64,000 nt of DNA from Octopus vulgaris (lineage: Eukaryota): NCBI GenBank assembly GCA_951406725.2, contig OX597838.1:20460001-20524000 (forward strand). Reading direction: 5' to 3'. This document shows, in pieces, positions 44,890 through 64,000 of the stretch; within the stretch, counting starts at the first letter, position 1; each line of letters begins with the position of its first letter. The notes below the pieces were generated by a model. The model worked only from the letters and a program-made list of their open reading frames with translations, was not told where the DNA came from and did not search any database. The translations under genes and the position numbers were made by a program.

Positions 44890-46485
44890 GTATGCTAACG
44901 TTTCTGCCAGCTCACCGCCTTCCTATACTGAATTTTCTTCTTTCATTTTGATTTCCCATAAATAACACTGTAACAAACTTTTATTTTTCGTCTTTGGTCA
45001 GTAAGTGTTATTTCCTATTTGCTTCTATTTAGAAATAAAAGAAAATTACTATTATTCCCTTTAAACTTTGCTTTCGTGACCTGGAGATCAATGGTTTGAA
45101 ACGGACCTATTTTCCATTACATTTCAGACAGAGTCAGGACTCAGTTGCTAAAGCACAAATATCGTGATAACAAATATCCTGCTCAATAACACGTATTTGC
45201 ATGTCAGTTACTTGATCAAACTTTTAGTGGCTGACACTATGCGTATCTGATCATGAGCAGGTGTAGTGGGGTGGAGTCATCACTGTCATGTGTTAAGAGG
45301 GATTCTTTAAGGTTTGAATAAATGTAAGAAAAGCAAAGTTTGAAGGAAATGTTATCCATTTCTCATACTTTCTAGGGGTAAGCAAATAGAAAATAACAGT
45401 TGCTACCCAAGGACAAAAATAGTGTTACACAGTGTAATCTGTTCCTGCACAGAATTATTGTATTTCGCCAGGAAAATATTCGGCAGAATATCACCTGAAA
45501 TAATGGGGCAGTTATATAACCTGCGTGACTCCCTGGTCCACAATTTCTTCCCTACCCCTGCCTCCAAGCCTGGCCTCTTCCCTTGCTCACGTCCACACTG
45601 TAGCATTTGTCCCTAACTAATGCAAAGAAGACTTTTTTAGAATAAGCCATGCTATTGAAACACGTGTAGTGATGCCATGAACTGTCCATTCGTTTTCCTT
45701 TTTACTTAATATTACACCGTGCACAATGTTCCTTTTATACATACACGGATTTCCGGCGTCGGTCATGAATGACCGTGCACCTAGAAAGTTACCCTCCGAG
45801 GCACAGGTCAGGGAAAGGTTCTTGATGGAAGACCAGCAGTCCCCCATGCATACCACGCCTTCGATGTTGTCCAAGGGAAAGGCAAAAGCTGACGCAGCTT
45901 GGCACCAGTGACGTCGCAACTCTTTTCTACAGCTGAGTGACATGAAGTAAGGTGAGATAAAGTGTCTTGCTCAAGAACACAACACATAGGCTATATAATC
46001 TCTAATTCCACAGACTTTCCTAGCCATGTAGTGGAACAATGGGAAAAGATATACACACCACAGTCATATGTACGATGAGGTGCTGAAAACTTCCTGGCTT
46101 TTGGGTAAAAGAAAATACAGGAGAATCAGTTAATTATGATTTTATTCAACATTTCCCCTCTCGGATTGACACACTTATTGCAGCGGTCGTTCAGGTTTTC
46201 TAAGCCATGTAAAAGAATTCGGAAGCTTGGTCCACCGACCAGGCTTTTCGTGGCACTCTTAAAGCTTGGGATTTTTCAGCATCTCCTCGTAAGAAATATG
46301 ATTCTACTACAAAATTATCAGAAACAAAACTGCAAACAGATATATAGTTGGACATTCTCACGTAATATAACAAAAACCACAACAATTTGATGAATTATTT
46401 TATATATTTATTAATTTGTTAATTCATTGTGAATAATATTTTAGTGACATTCCTTTATAAACAGAAAATTTCATTAAAGTACTTT

Positions 46486-46811
46486 TTACAGGTTACTATT
46501 GATCCAGTCTCGGAAATATCCGACATCGCTGAAAGCACTGACTTCATTATCACATTTATTTCCGAAGGATGTTACTCCTGCCAAAACCATTTGACCATTT
46601 GAGCTTGGACAATAAAGTGGACCACCAGAGTCACCCTGAAATAAAAAAAAACAAACAATATAATTTTATATTTAATGAAATTATTAGATATTGACTAAAG
46701 TTAGAAGTTCTGTGTGAATATTTCAGAAAATGAATCATTTGTTCAATGTATTTTACAAAGAAATTTACTTGTAACGATAAGGAGTTCTAAATTCAAACAC
46801 GCACATACACC

Positions 46812-46872
<61 letters not shown>

Positions 46873-46938
46873 GCATACACACACATCTACGTATCAATCT
46901 GTTTGTCTATTTGTCTCTGTCCGTCCATCCGTCCAGTC

Positions 46939-47036
<98 letters not shown>

Positions 47037-47074
47037 ATATCTATCTGTTTGTATGTCTGTTTGACTCTCTACAT

Positions 47075-47133
<59 letters not shown>

Positions 47134-48766
47134 TTCTTCCACAAAATGGTTAGTAACATCCTCAAAAGATTTCATAATTTTTTTTACAATTAATTTTTAA
47201 AAAATTCACTTTTACACTTCAAAACGTCATTCTCATAGATTTTCATATCTCTCTCTCTATATAAACGGCAGTTTGTCTGTGCGTGTTTCTGTGTGTCTGT
47301 TTGCTTGTACCCTCACCCTGACCACGGCTTTCAACCGATTCTGATGAAACTTGACACACACATAGCCCAATGTCATAATTCAAAACTAACGCAGCGAAAA
47401 TTTTGAAAAGTTCCCCCAGTTCTGAAAAAGAACGATAAATTCGACATGGGGTCGAGAATCAGGAATACGAACCACAAACTGTATAGGGGACGCAACTCCA
47501 CCTTTTTTAAATCTCAAAAAAAAATTTACCATCATATTTTTTTGCTATTTTTTGGCTATAACTCTCTAAAAATGCTATATAGTTATTTCCCTTACAAACC
47601 TGAGCAACGCCGGGCGATACTGCTAGTATATATATAATTGTACTGTATATTTATCATTTAAAGGGATATATCTGTTAGATATCACTCTAGGTGTGCAGTA
47701 ATCCCTGACTATCGCAGGTGTTACGTTCCTCAACCTCCCACAGAATTAATGAAAATCTTAAAAAAATATATAAATGCATTTCGGCCGCAGAAATCCGGCT
47801 ATACTGAGGAGTCCGCGATATAAATTTACATATATTAGCCAGGAAAATCCGCGATGTACTGAGTGCACGACAGGTGAACCGCGATGTACTGAGCGCACGA
47901 TAGGGGAACCGTGATATGGCTTGGGATTACTGTATATGCTATAAAATCAATAAAACATACCTGGCAAGTAGATGCTCCACCTTGTCTGAAATCTCCGGCA
48001 CAGAGAACTCCATCAGCAATTCGCATCCTTGACCTTCTTGTACATACATCATGGGGAATAGCTGGAAGAGCCACTTTGTATAATTCGTCAGGACTGTTTC
48101 CTTTAACTGAAAATAACACATTTGAATGATGATTAATATCGATTGACGATGATTAAATGGAGATGATAGGAACATCAGATGAAAATTTCATGATACTTAC
48201 ATTGGAAATTTCCCCATCCAGCAGCGATACATCTTCGGGTACCAAATGTTTCTCCTTTACTGGCCAATTGTGCAAACTGGACACATCTACCTTCACGGAC
48301 TGGCTCGCTCAATGTCAGTATGGCAATGTCGTTCTCTGTAAGGGGAAAACATACGCATATGTTAGACATACATGTATACTAGCGATGCATATATGTAGTG
48401 TCATTATGTATATACAGATATATATGATGGATACACATCGAATAGAGATGCGTGCAGTATAGACATAAATATTTGATGACCATGTATGTATGTATGTAAG
48501 TATGTATGTATAAGTGGTTGTTAGCTCGATTCTCGGAACGGGCTGTGTTTTGAGCAAAACGTTTTTTTCCACCTTTCTCCAGTCCACTCGGTTAGAGAAC
48601 TGGGTTGTGACGTTACTGGTGCCAAACCGTATCGGCCTTTGCCTTTTCCTTGGGCAACATCGGAGCTATGGAGAGGGGAGAGTGGACTTACACCTTGGAG
48701 GGGAACTTACTCGTTGCTATCTCTTGATTATGACCGAAAGGGGTCTTTACCATATATATTAAGAAA

Positions 48767-48838
<72 letters not shown>

Positions 48839-51612
48839 ATACGTTCTTTTGTTACTTTATGCGTTTCTGCTCAAAGAGTTTTGTTTCGTCATACTGGGCA
48901 CCGCCGAATAGCATCCCTTTTTCACTGGCCATTCTCATGTGATTAGCTTTTGGTGGATGTGGTAGTTCGATTCTGCTGCCCTCTTTTGGGTTATTTTCCG
49001 TGATACGGGTTTATCTCAGATCTTGTACTGCAGAAGAACATACAGAACTCTCCGGGTTTTTCGCAGGATATTAAATAGCTGTGGGCCATTGCATCCCAAG
49101 CTCTTGCAGTGCCTATGTATATCATTGCATATGTCTCCTATTTTCGCTCTAGAGAGTAGAATCTTCCAGTCTCCCTTATTAACTCAGGCATTTCAGGGTT
49201 GTACTCTTCCTAGCACAGCTGAACTGCCTGATGTTAAGCCATTAATTTCACACTGTGGGGTGACTATAGTTGAGAGCAGTTGTCCAGATGGCAGAGGACA
49301 AATGCACTCTGTAACGATCAGAATAAGTTCCTGGTCTTTTGTTGTGAAAGTGTTTAGAGTCCATCCACTCATTCGCTTCCACATTGCCACCATCTTTATG
49401 ATACGTACACGAAACGAAGCATCGTTGCTCACATCAATATCGAGGTCACACATTGTGTTTGACTCTGGACTGGCTGATCTTTTATGTCCAAATTGCTTTT
49501 GTTGTGACGTGTTAGCACAAGCCGACTGATAGCTGAGGGCTTAGAATTTTCCTACATTAAATTGCATGCACTTTTCTTCAGCCCATTTATGTAACATCTG
49601 AGTCTTTTTGCGGAAGATTAGCGTCGAGTGTGTCCATGTCTGTTTGTGTTACTTTTATGTTGTCGGCGTGGCTAGCAGCTGTTGTTGTTTATATAACTGA
49701 TACCATGGCCGAGACAGCCATCAAGACGGTTCCCTGAGACGCTACTCTCATTATTAATGTCCCCTTGGAGAGGAACCCGTTGGCTCCCATAGCCTGGCTC
49801 TGTTTTTTAAGAAGTCATGTAACCATCTTCTTTTAAACATTTATTACAGAAACATTGAAGTGAAAAGACCAAACATTAGTTACCACATTGCAATTCATGA
49901 AATAGTAATATTTACTGATATATGGTTGAGAGGAAGAAAGAATTTAGAAGAAAATATCTGAAGACGTGATAATTGTAATACTCACGTATCAGGTATGGAG
50001 TATGTACGTATCCACCATGTTTCAGAATTCTACTTGCAGTTGTTGACTGAGAACCAGCACTCCATTTGTTGTTGGAACCGATATTTACTTTAACCCTTCT
50101 GACGTTTCCTTCGCTAAAATCAAATCAAATATGACAGATCTTTAAATGACAGTAATTTTATACCGTATTATACTTGAAACTGTCCTCTTAGATATTAAAA
50201 TATTTGACCATTCATTAAAGTATTGTAACAGAACTCTCTTATATTGCTCTGTTATTCTTAAACGTTGATGTCCATTCCAATGTTGCAATTCGGATCGTGT
50301 GTGTTATTAAAGTATATTTATATAGGTGTTGTTGGTCTGAACGATATGAAGCACACAGGAAGTCAAATGAACAATTAATACAGACAAAATATAGAAGAAT
50401 GTTCAGAGATTGAAGTGATGTATTCATTCGCCTCAATATATTTTCAAGTTGGAAATTAAATATATATTTTTACCTAAATATTCCCACCTGCTTATGGTGA
50501 AAGTCAATATATTCAAAAATTGTTGAAAACAGAATTCTATGCAAATTTTAGCCTGATATTAAAGCTAGTATATGTGTTGCTGTTTACACCAACATCAAAT
50601 TCTTTTCAACCTTTATGTTATAAAACACAGAAATTAAACTTTCTTCATCAACACCAAGTGATGTAATATAAAGATGTGAGAACGTAAATCTGTAATGTAT
50701 ATACTTACAGGCAGTGGGCTGCTGTCAATACGTGTGTAGCATCAATCAAAGTACCTCCGCACATACTAATCATGTTATCTGTGGGTTGGTTAAATATTTG
50801 GAGGTGGACAATGGAAGGAAACTCGCAGTTTTGTGCTTCAGATCCACCGACGATCTGTGTTTCTGGTGCTGAAAGAAAATCACAAAACGAAATAAATATA
50901 TATTTGTGGACATTCGGGAATGTCTATGATATAACTATTGCTGTATTATATAAGACTGTAAGTTTGTATGCGTCTTTAGTTAAATGTAAAAATATCCTTT
51001 TCAAATACTTTGAAAAAGTATTTGAATTAAATAGGCGCAGGAGTGGCTGTATGGTAAGTAGCTTGCTTACCAACCACATGTTTCCGGGTTCAGTCGCACT
51101 GCGTGACACCTTGGGCAAGTGTCTTCTACTATAGCCTCGGACCGAACAAAGCCTTGTGAGTGGATTTGGTAGACGGAAACTGAAAGAAGCCCGTCGTATG
51201 TATGTATATATGTATGTATGTGTGTGTATATATTTGTGTGTCTGTGTTTGTCCCCCCAAATCACTTGACAACCGATGCTGGTGTGTTTAGGTCCACGTGA
51301 CCTAGCGGTTCGGCAAAAGAGACCGAGAGAATAAGTACTAGGCTTATAAAGAATTAAGTCCTGGGGTCGATTTGCTCGACTAAAGGCGGTGCTCCAGCAT
51401 GGACGCAGTCAAATGACTGAAACAAGTAAAAGAGTGAGAGTAAATTCATATGTAGGATTTACTGATACGGGTATCAAACTTTATATCTGTAAGATAGTCG
51501 CTATCAATACCAATTTCGAAATGTTCGAAACCGTTGCACTGTTAGATGGAAGACATGACATACCAGCAAAAACTGAAGCCACCAAAACAAGAAGACAGCA
51601 GAGAGACAACAT
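46486..51612 (-). CDS. Chymotrypsin-like serine protease, copy E, 255 aa
   Basis: Exons 51612-51564, 50868-50709, 50113-49986, 48335-48201, 48106-47961, 46635-46486. APETQ/IVGG, intact triad. Confidence 0.95.
47248..47626 (+). mobile_element. Helitron-like element in intron 5 of E (absent from twin F)
   Basis: TC...GCAACGCCGGGCGATACTGCTAG end; empty site near 58545 in F. Confidence 0.7.
48915..49830 (-). mobile_element. Same CR1/L2-like fragment in intron 3 of E
   Basis: Reverse complement of 56365-57280. Confidence 0.75.
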
Positions 51613-51651
51613 GGTGATACTAAGTGTTCAGCTACTTGTGGAGAAAAACTC

Positions 51652-51731
51652 AACTGATGCTAGAGTTATGAATCGTGTGGTATTTATAGGTAAGTATCAT
51701 TAGGGAAACATCATTGAGGAAAGAACAGCTG
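51652..51731 (-). promoter_or_regulatory. Core promoter of copy E
   Basis: CAGCTG 51726-51731, TATA 51681-51688, Inr 51652-51657. Confidence 0.75.
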
Positions 51732-53672
51732 TAATTATTCATCAATGTTCGAACAATAAGTCAAAGAACAACCGAGAATGTTTTAATGTAAAGTAATTTA
51801 TGTTATGATATGAAATATATAATCAATACAACTTTATATTATCTCATCAAAGTGCTGTTCTAATTTCTATTGAACGAGTATTGTCATCTTTTGATGTGTA
51901 TTGTAATATCTTAAATTAATATATCTTCAAAATAGCTCCCATATTTTTTATAAGTACGCAAAAAACAATTACCTTTTGCGTGATAAGAAATATTTTATTG
52001 CGTTGACCACTCAGATGATTTCAATGGAAGATTGATCCACCCAAATATTATTCTTTCACCTGTCATTTTAAAATGATATATCTGTTTATATTAATGTTGT
52101 ATAGTTATTTCTTGCTTAAAAATATTTCCTGTTAATTAATAAACGCGAATATGTTGGGATTATTGTCCTCGTCTTCGCTGTAATTGTTACAGCTTTTTGC
52201 CCGTTACATTCTTCAGTCTTTTTCAGTTTCTGCCGAATTCCGTAACTCTCAAGATAGAATACGGGTTTCGAAGCGAACCTTTGTATTATATCTATGGTTG
52301 TGTATTGTTCTCGTTCCAGTATCTGTATCAGCACTATTCTCCCATTTGTTACTCTTTTTACATGTGATGTGATGTCTCTTGATCTTTCCTCTTGGAACGA
52401 ACTGTTTATTATTGTTTGCGTGACTCAGAGGCAGAACTCATGCTCGTTAGTTCTCCTACGATACCGATCACTTTATCAACGCTTATACACATTGTCATAT
52501 GGTCATGTAAGGGAATTATGTAGCGGAAATTAGAAATATCAAAACCTAATTTTTTCATGGTCATAAGCGAAATGTTCTTTCATTCTTCAAAAGAGACCCC
52601 TATAAAGTGTTTATCTCTATGTTAGTTCTACTGAGGACTTTATCAATGGCGTTCGAGGACATCTCTTTTGAAGAAAGGCACTAACATAAAATATCATGAC
52701 CAAAAGCTTTGTGTACTACACCCCGTGGAACTTTATATTAAGTTATATCACCTCATATAAAGGGAGACTATGTACCTCTTAAGAGTAGGACTACATTGTA
52801 AAGCTATGAACTGTGTGTGGGATGGAGAAAAAAATAAAGCAGTTGTGACAGAAAACAGAAGCCAACAACTTTTGCGGAACAAAGTCAAGATGATAGAATA
52901 TTAATATATAATATATAATATATTAATATATTAATACAACGACTGGAAACGCCATCATATACGCTTGTTATGCGATAGTTCCGTAATGTTAGCGTAGCGA
53001 TGATTTTGATAATATGTGAAAGCGTGAAAGTGCTTTCTGGGTTGAATTAGGAATTGTTTTATGTATTTGAAAACTGCGTATATGGTTGTTTTGATATAGG
53101 ATATGTTGGCTATCCGTTCCTGAGATTTCTCTTTAGAGCAGCCAATAGTGGATGGTACTGAGCTGCTTCAATACTCGTTCAAAAATTAAGTGAACTTCAG
53201 AAAAACTGTTCTTGCTGTAAATCGTGGTATATAGCCTTATACACCACGAGTAATGAGACAGCACAATAGCATCAACTATTGGCAAATCTGAACATGAGAC
53301 TCAAGAATGGATTGCCAACATCTCCCACTTCGAAACAACCATATATGCAGGTTTCAAATACATAAGACAATTCCTAAATCAACCCAGGAAGCATTTTCAC
53401 ATATTGCTAAAATCAGTGGAGCCTCAAAATTTAGTTGTCTTTTATCTTTTGTCATTTACTTGTTTCAGTCATTAGACTGCAGCCATGCGAACTGTAGTCG
53501 AAAAATTGGGCCTCAGGATTTTTTTTAAAAGCCTGTTACTTATTCTGTCGGTCTTCCTTTGGCGAACCGCTAACTTTTGGGGACGTAAACACATCAATAC
53601 CAGTTGTCAAGCATTGGGGAGGACAAACACAGGTACAAAAACGATGAACGTACACACACAAACACATAAACA

Positions 53673-53705
<33 letters not shown>

Positions 53706-54606
53706 TGGTTTCCGCCAGCACATCCATTTACAAAGCTTTGAGTCACTCTAGGCCATAATAGAAGACACTCGCCAGTGCCTCGCAATGGAATTGAATCCGG
53801 AATCATGTGGTTGGGAAATAAACCTCTTGACATACAGCCATGCCCTCAGATTCTTTTTTACGTATTATAAAAGAACCTTGCAGGTGCTATAATGAACACA
53901 GGAAATACGGACTTCATTAGACAGTAACTAATAGGATACAAAAGTGGAGATTTCTTCATAGTAATAGCATGACAGAAAATACAAGTTGGCAAAAAAATAA
54001 CTTAATATTGGACAACATTGTTTACAGTAAAACTTGGTCCCAATATGGATATCGAAATAAATACAAAGTGCAGGCATGGATTTAATACAAGGTTCGCTTC
54101 GAAACTTATATTTCGTATTGAAACGGAATTCAACGGAAACCTAAAAAGTTTGAAGGACAAAACGCCCGAAACGTTGTGACCAAAACAATCAAGATGACAT
54201 TAATACTAACATATTTGCGTTTATTAATTAACAGAAATATTTTTAAGCAAGAAATAACTATACAAGATCCGTACTTTTAAAATGACTGTTAATGGAATAA
54301 TATTCAGGTGGATCAATCTTCCATTGAAATCATCATATAAAATATATATTATATCACACAAAAGGTAATTGTTTTTCACGTCCATATAAAAAAATATGGG
54401 AACTACTTTGAAGATGTATTAATTTAAGATGTTATAATACACCTCAAAAGATTACAATACTCGTTTAATAGAAATTAGAATAGCACTTTGATGAGATAAT
54501 ATAAAGTTGTATTGATTATATATTTCATATTATAACATAAATTACTTTACATTAAAACATTCTCTCTTGTTCTTTGTCTTATTGTTCGAACATTGATGAA
54601 TAATTA

Positions 54607-54686
54607 CAGCTGTTCTTTCATCAAAGATGTTTTCCTAATGATACTTACCTATAAATACCACACGACTCATAAGTCTAGCATCAGTT
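54607..54686 (+). promoter_or_regulatory. Core promoter of copy F
   Basis: CAGCTG 54607-54612, TATA 54650-54657, TCAGTT 54681-54686. Confidence 0.75.
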
Positions 54687-54725
54687 GAATTATTCTACAC
54701 AGATAACTGAACATCTAGAATCACC

Positions 54726-59242
<4,517 letters not shown>

Positions 59243-59436
59243 AAAGTACTTTAATGAAAATTTCTGTTTATAAAGGAATGTCACTAAAATATTATTCACA
59301 ATAAATTAACAAATTAATAAATATATAAAATAATTCATCAAATTGTTGTGGTTTTTGTTATATTACGTGAGAATGTCCAACTATATATCTGTTTGTAGTT
59401 TTGTTTCTGATAATTTTGTAGTAGAATCATATTTCT

Positions 59437-59657
59437 TACGAGGAGATGCTGAAAAATCCCAAGCTTTAAGAGTGCCACGAAAAGCCTGGTCGGTGGACCA
59501 AGCTTCCGAATTCCTTTACATGGCTTAGAAAACCTGAACGACCGCTGCAATAAGTGTGTCAATCTGAGAGGGGAAATGTTGAATAAAATCATAATTAACT
59601 GATTCTCCTGTATTTTCTTTTACCCAAAAGCCAGGAAGTTTTCAGCACCTCATCGTA
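59437..59657. mobile_element. Mariner-type MITE in the shared 3' flank (other copies 46070-46290, 23146-23731, 63089-63784)
   Basis: TACGAGGAGATGCTGAAAA...TTTTCAGCACCTCATCGTA terminal inverted repeats with TA ends. Confidence 0.7.
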
Positions 59658-59889
59658 CATATGACTGTGGTGTGTATATCTTTTCCCATTGTTCCACTAC
59701 ATGGCTAGGAAAGTCTGTGGAATTAGAGATTATAACTAGATCATAACAGCGATTAACGCTGTAATCTCAGTTACTGTTTCACAGACGGTTGATGTTTTTG
59801 TTGTTCATATTTCAAAAGCAAAACGGAATTTATGATAGACTATTTAAATCGCCGGACGATCATAAAATTTCAGCCCTAATTTTAACGAT

Positions 59890-60400
59890 TCTAGACATAT
59901 CTAGAGGTGTGGGAAATGTGTGAGAATCTGTGTGGTGTTGGTGTCAGATAAAGAGAGGTAGCGAGTTGAGCCCATTAAGGGCGAAGGAATTAAGGGAGAA
60001 GAGAAATTGGTGTTCGCGGCGAAGGCGAGATTCCGGTTGGCCCTATGCAGAGAGTCCGAACAGACAGGTGTTGCAGCGAAAGAGCGGTAGAGTGGAAGTG
60101 ACGTGAGACCGGGATGTCATTGCCGAATCTGGTGTCTCGGAGATGCTCAGCGAACCGGTAAGCCAAGCGGCGTCCTTTTTGACCAATGTACAGGGAAGGA
60201 CAGAGAGAGCAGGATATGCAGGTAAAGGATAGGGGAGTACCAGTGAAGATAGTGGTATTGGAGAGGTAGGGACAGATGCGACAGTGTGGACTAGAGAAAG
60301 GGAAGGGGCCAGGCTTGGAGGCAGGAATAAGGAAGAAACTCTGGACCAGGAGGTCATGCAGATTATGGGCCCGTTTGAAGGAGAGGAGTGGAAGGAAATA
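59890..60400 (-). mobile_element. Penelope-like GIY-YIG endonuclease fragment (related piece at ~45440-45615, +)
   Basis: Minus strand gives ...PHCRICPY...CISCSLCPSLYIGQKGRRLAYRFAEHLRD...PVSRHF. Confidence 0.75.
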
Positions 60401-60537
60401 GAGGGTAAATGATTTTATTTTTCATTCCCTTTCGAAATTACCCCTAATAGTGATTTGGAGTTTAACTACTCCTTCTAGCGGGTCAGATATCCTATTATGG
60501 CCATCACTTGTATGTTAAAATATACACTGTATTTTTA

Positions 60538-60621
<84 letters not shown>

Positions 60622-61236
60622 CTTCTGTCGGTTTGTCTATCTCTCTATCCCTTTGTCTATCTATCTAACTACCTGCACACACTCACATAAGCACGTACCC
60701 CACTACACATACACACACTCACACACACACACTGACGCACACACCTATACACACTCACGCATACATACGGCACACACATATACACATATGGGATAGTGTG
60801 TTCAATTCCTGGATCAGCCTATGTGTTGTGTTCTTGAGCAAGACACTTTATCTCACGTTACTTCATGTCACTCACCTGTAGAAAAGAGTTGCGACGTCAC
60901 TGGTGCCAAGCTGCGTCAGCTTTTGCCTTTCCCTTGGACAACATCGAAGGCGTGGTATGCATGGGGGACTGCTGGTCTTCCATCAAGAACCTTTCCCTGA
61001 CCTGTGCCTCGGAGGTTAACTTTCTAGGTGCACGGTCATTCATGACCGACACCGGAAATCCGTGTATGTATAAAAGGAACATTGTGCACGGTGTAATATT
61101 AAGTAAAAAGGAAAACGAATGGACAGTTCATGGCATCACTACACGTGTTTCAATAGCATGGCTTATTCTAAGTATGTATGTATGTATGTATGTATGTATG
61201 TATGTATGTATGTATGTATGTATGTATGTATGTATG

Positions 61237-61552
61237 TAGTCGGAGGGCTAAAGGCGCATGGGTCAGTGGTTAGAGCGTTATGCTTACAATCTGGAGGTTG
61301 TGAGTTTGATTCCCGGACCGGGCTGTGTGTTGCATTCTTGTGCACAACACGCATTGATGCAGTCCGCGCAGTTGTAGAATTGAGTTGCGACTTCACGAGT
61401 GCCAAGTTTTACTGGTCTTTCCTTTCGCTTGGACAACATCGGTGGCGTGGAGAGAGGAGAATGGTATGCATGGGTGACTGTTGGTCTTCCACAAACAACC
61501 TTGCTTGGACTTACGCCTTGGAAGGGAACCTACTCGCTGCAATCCCATGATC
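61237..61552 (+). mobile_element. tRNA-derived SINE family 4
   Basis: GGCGCATGGGTCAGTGGTTAGAGCG...GAGTTTGATTCCC head. Related pieces at 40385-40690, 31097-31180, 48514-48735, 57434-57655, 45760-45990, 60818-61050, 63850-64000. Confidence 0.75.
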
Positions 61553-61609
61553 CTTAGTGGCCGAATTAGGTCTTTACTCTATAGTAAAAGAGAGAGTGGG
61601 GAAAGAGAG

Positions 61610-61664
<55 letters not shown>

Positions 61665-62248
61665 AAGACGTTAGCACGCCGGGCGAAGTGCTTCGCGGTA
61701 TTTCACCCGTCGCTACGTTCTGAGTTCAAATTATGCCTGGCTCATAAGGGCAGGTTTCCCGGTTTCCTTGGCGTATATGTTTCCCACCTGGACGGGACGC
61801 CGGTCCATCGCAGGTGAGCTGCAAGATGCAGGAAGAAAGAGTGAGAGTAAGTTGTGGCGAAAGAGTCAGCAGAAGTTCGCCATGCCGTTCTGCCAGAGCC
61901 GCGTGGAGATTAGGTGTTTCGCTCATAAGCACACACATCGCCCAGTCTGAGATTCGAACCCGCAATCCCTCGACCGCAAGTCCGCTGCTCTAACCACTAG
62001 GCCATGTGCCTCCACTTCAGGTCTGATGAGTATATCTTGAATGTTTGGATAATGCAAAATGTGATGAGCAAGAAAGAAAAAATGTCGGCTTTTAAACTTT
62101 TATTACAGAAACACTGAACTGAAAACACCAAATAATAGTTGACACGAGTATATTGACACGAGATTGCAATTGATGAAACACCGATATTGACTGATGAAGA
62201 GAGAATTTAGAAGAAAATATCGGAAAACGTGGTAATTGTAATACTTAC

Positions 62249-62376
62249 TAATCAGGTATGGATTATGTACGTATCCACCATGTTTCAGAATTCTACTTGA
62301 AGTTGTTGACTGAGAACCAGGACTCCATTTGTTGATGGAACCAATATTTACTTTAACCCTTCTGACATTTCCTTCG
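62249..62376 (-). pseudogene. Orphan protease exon 3
   Basis: 128-nt exon EGNVRRVKVNIGSINKWSPGSQSTTSSRILKHGGYVHNPYLI with AG/GT borders. It keeps only ~70 bp of intron 2 and ~1.1 kb of D-type intron 3; no adjacent exon 2 or 4. Confidence 0.85.
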
Positions 62377-63373
62377 CTAAAATCAAATCAAATATGGCGG
62401 ATCTTTAACAGGCAATAATTTTATACCGTAGTATGCTTGAAACTGTATACAATAATAAAGTCGCCAGCTAGTTAATTTGTATTGTATAACTATTGCTAAA
62501 AGAAAGTATTTATTAAAATCTAGACTGCGTGGCACCTTAAGCAAGTGTCTTCTACTATAGCCTCGGGCCGACCAAAGCCTCGTGAGTGGATTTGGTAGAC
62601 GGAAACTGAAAGAAGCTCGTCGTATATATGCATATATATATATGAATGTGTGTGTATATGTTTGTGTTTGTGTTTGTCCCCCCAACATTGTTTGACAACT
62701 GATGGTGGTACATTTACGTCCCCGTAACTTAGCGGTTCGGCAAAAGTGACCGATAAAATAAGTACTAGGCTTCTAAAGAATAAGTCCTGTGGTCGATTTG
62801 CTTGACTAAAGGCGGTGCTCCAGCATGGCCACAGTCAAATGACTTAAACAAGTAAACGAGTAATAGAGTAGATTTCAAGATGTCATTTTGTAATACTTTA
62901 GCATTCTGCATTCTTCAGGTAAATTCCGTTTTGCTTTTGAAATAGGAACAACGAAAACATCTACCGTCTGTGAAACAGAAACTGATATTGCTGTACTAAT
63001 CGCTGTTATGATCTAGTTATAATCTCTACAGACTTTCCTAACAATATAGTGGAACAATGGGAAAAGAGATACACACGACTGTCATACCTACGAGGAGGTG
63101 TTGAAAAGTTCCTTGCTCTGGGTAAAAGGAAATACAGGAGAATCAGTTCATTATGATTTTATCCAACATATTTCCCTCTCAGATTCACACACTTATTGTG
63201 TGTGAATAGGCGCAGGAGTGGATGTGTGGTAAGTAGCTTGCTAACCAACCACATGGTTCCGGGTTCATTCCCACTGCTTGGCATCTTGGGCAAGTGTCTT
63301 CTGCTATAGCCCCGGGCCGACCAATGCCTTGTGAGTGGATTTGGTAGACGGAAACTGAAAGAAGCCTGTCGTA

Positions 63374-63474
<101 letters not shown>

Positions 63475-64000
63475 TGTGTCTGTATTTGTTCCTCTAGCAT
63501 TGCTTTACAATCGATGCAGGTGTGTTTACGTCCCCGTCACTTAGCGATAGAATAAGTACTGGGCTTACAAAGAATAAGTCCCAGGGTCGATTTGCTCGAC
63601 TAAAGGCGGTACTCCAGCATGGCCGCAGTCAAATAACTGAAACAAGTAAAAGAGTAAAAGAGTAGAGTTATTGCAATAGCCCTTCAGTTTTTCTAAACCT
63701 TGTAAAAGAATTCGAAAGTTTGGGCCTCCAGCCAGGCTTTTTGCGATGTCCTTAAAGCCCGGGATTTTTCAGCACCCCCTCGTAGGAAATACCATTCTTC
63801 TACAAAATTATTAGAAACAAACTTGCAAACAGAGATGTACTGAGACCCGCTTCGGTCATGACTGACCATGGGATTGCATCTAGAAAGTTACCCTCCGAGG
63901 CACAAGTCCGGGTTAGGTTGTTTATGGAAGACCAGCAGTCGCCCATGCATACCAGCCTCTCTTCTTCACGCCACCAGTGTTATCTAAGGAAAGGCAAAGG

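Overview
AT-rich, microsatellite- and SINE-dense eukaryotic DNA; the repeat families look like Octopus (inferred, not searched). The window opens with the last three coding exons of a SWI5-like DNA-repair gene (+). It then holds a cluster of six intact six-exon chymotrypsin-like (peptidase S1) genes of 255 aa, arranged as three head-to-head pairs: A-/B+, C-/D+, E-/F+. There are also two gene remnants and flank evidence of a seventh copy beyond the right edge. The pairs form large inverted repeats with signs of arm-to-arm gene conversion. Standout observations: (1) a 267-bp palindrome in intron 1 of copy F, built as short LTR + exact 18-nt tRNA-Ser primer-binding site + inverted LTR, with a target-site duplication, matching a hairpin-closed reverse-transcription intermediate; (2) copy D, a strongly cationised paralog with an RRR propeptide and a lost TATA box; (3) copy B, with two intact candidate terminal exons differing in the specificity loop; (4) hammerhead-ribozyme folds, including one in the SWI5 intron with a single G12A change. 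Exon coordinates were read by hand; repeat boundaries are approximate.
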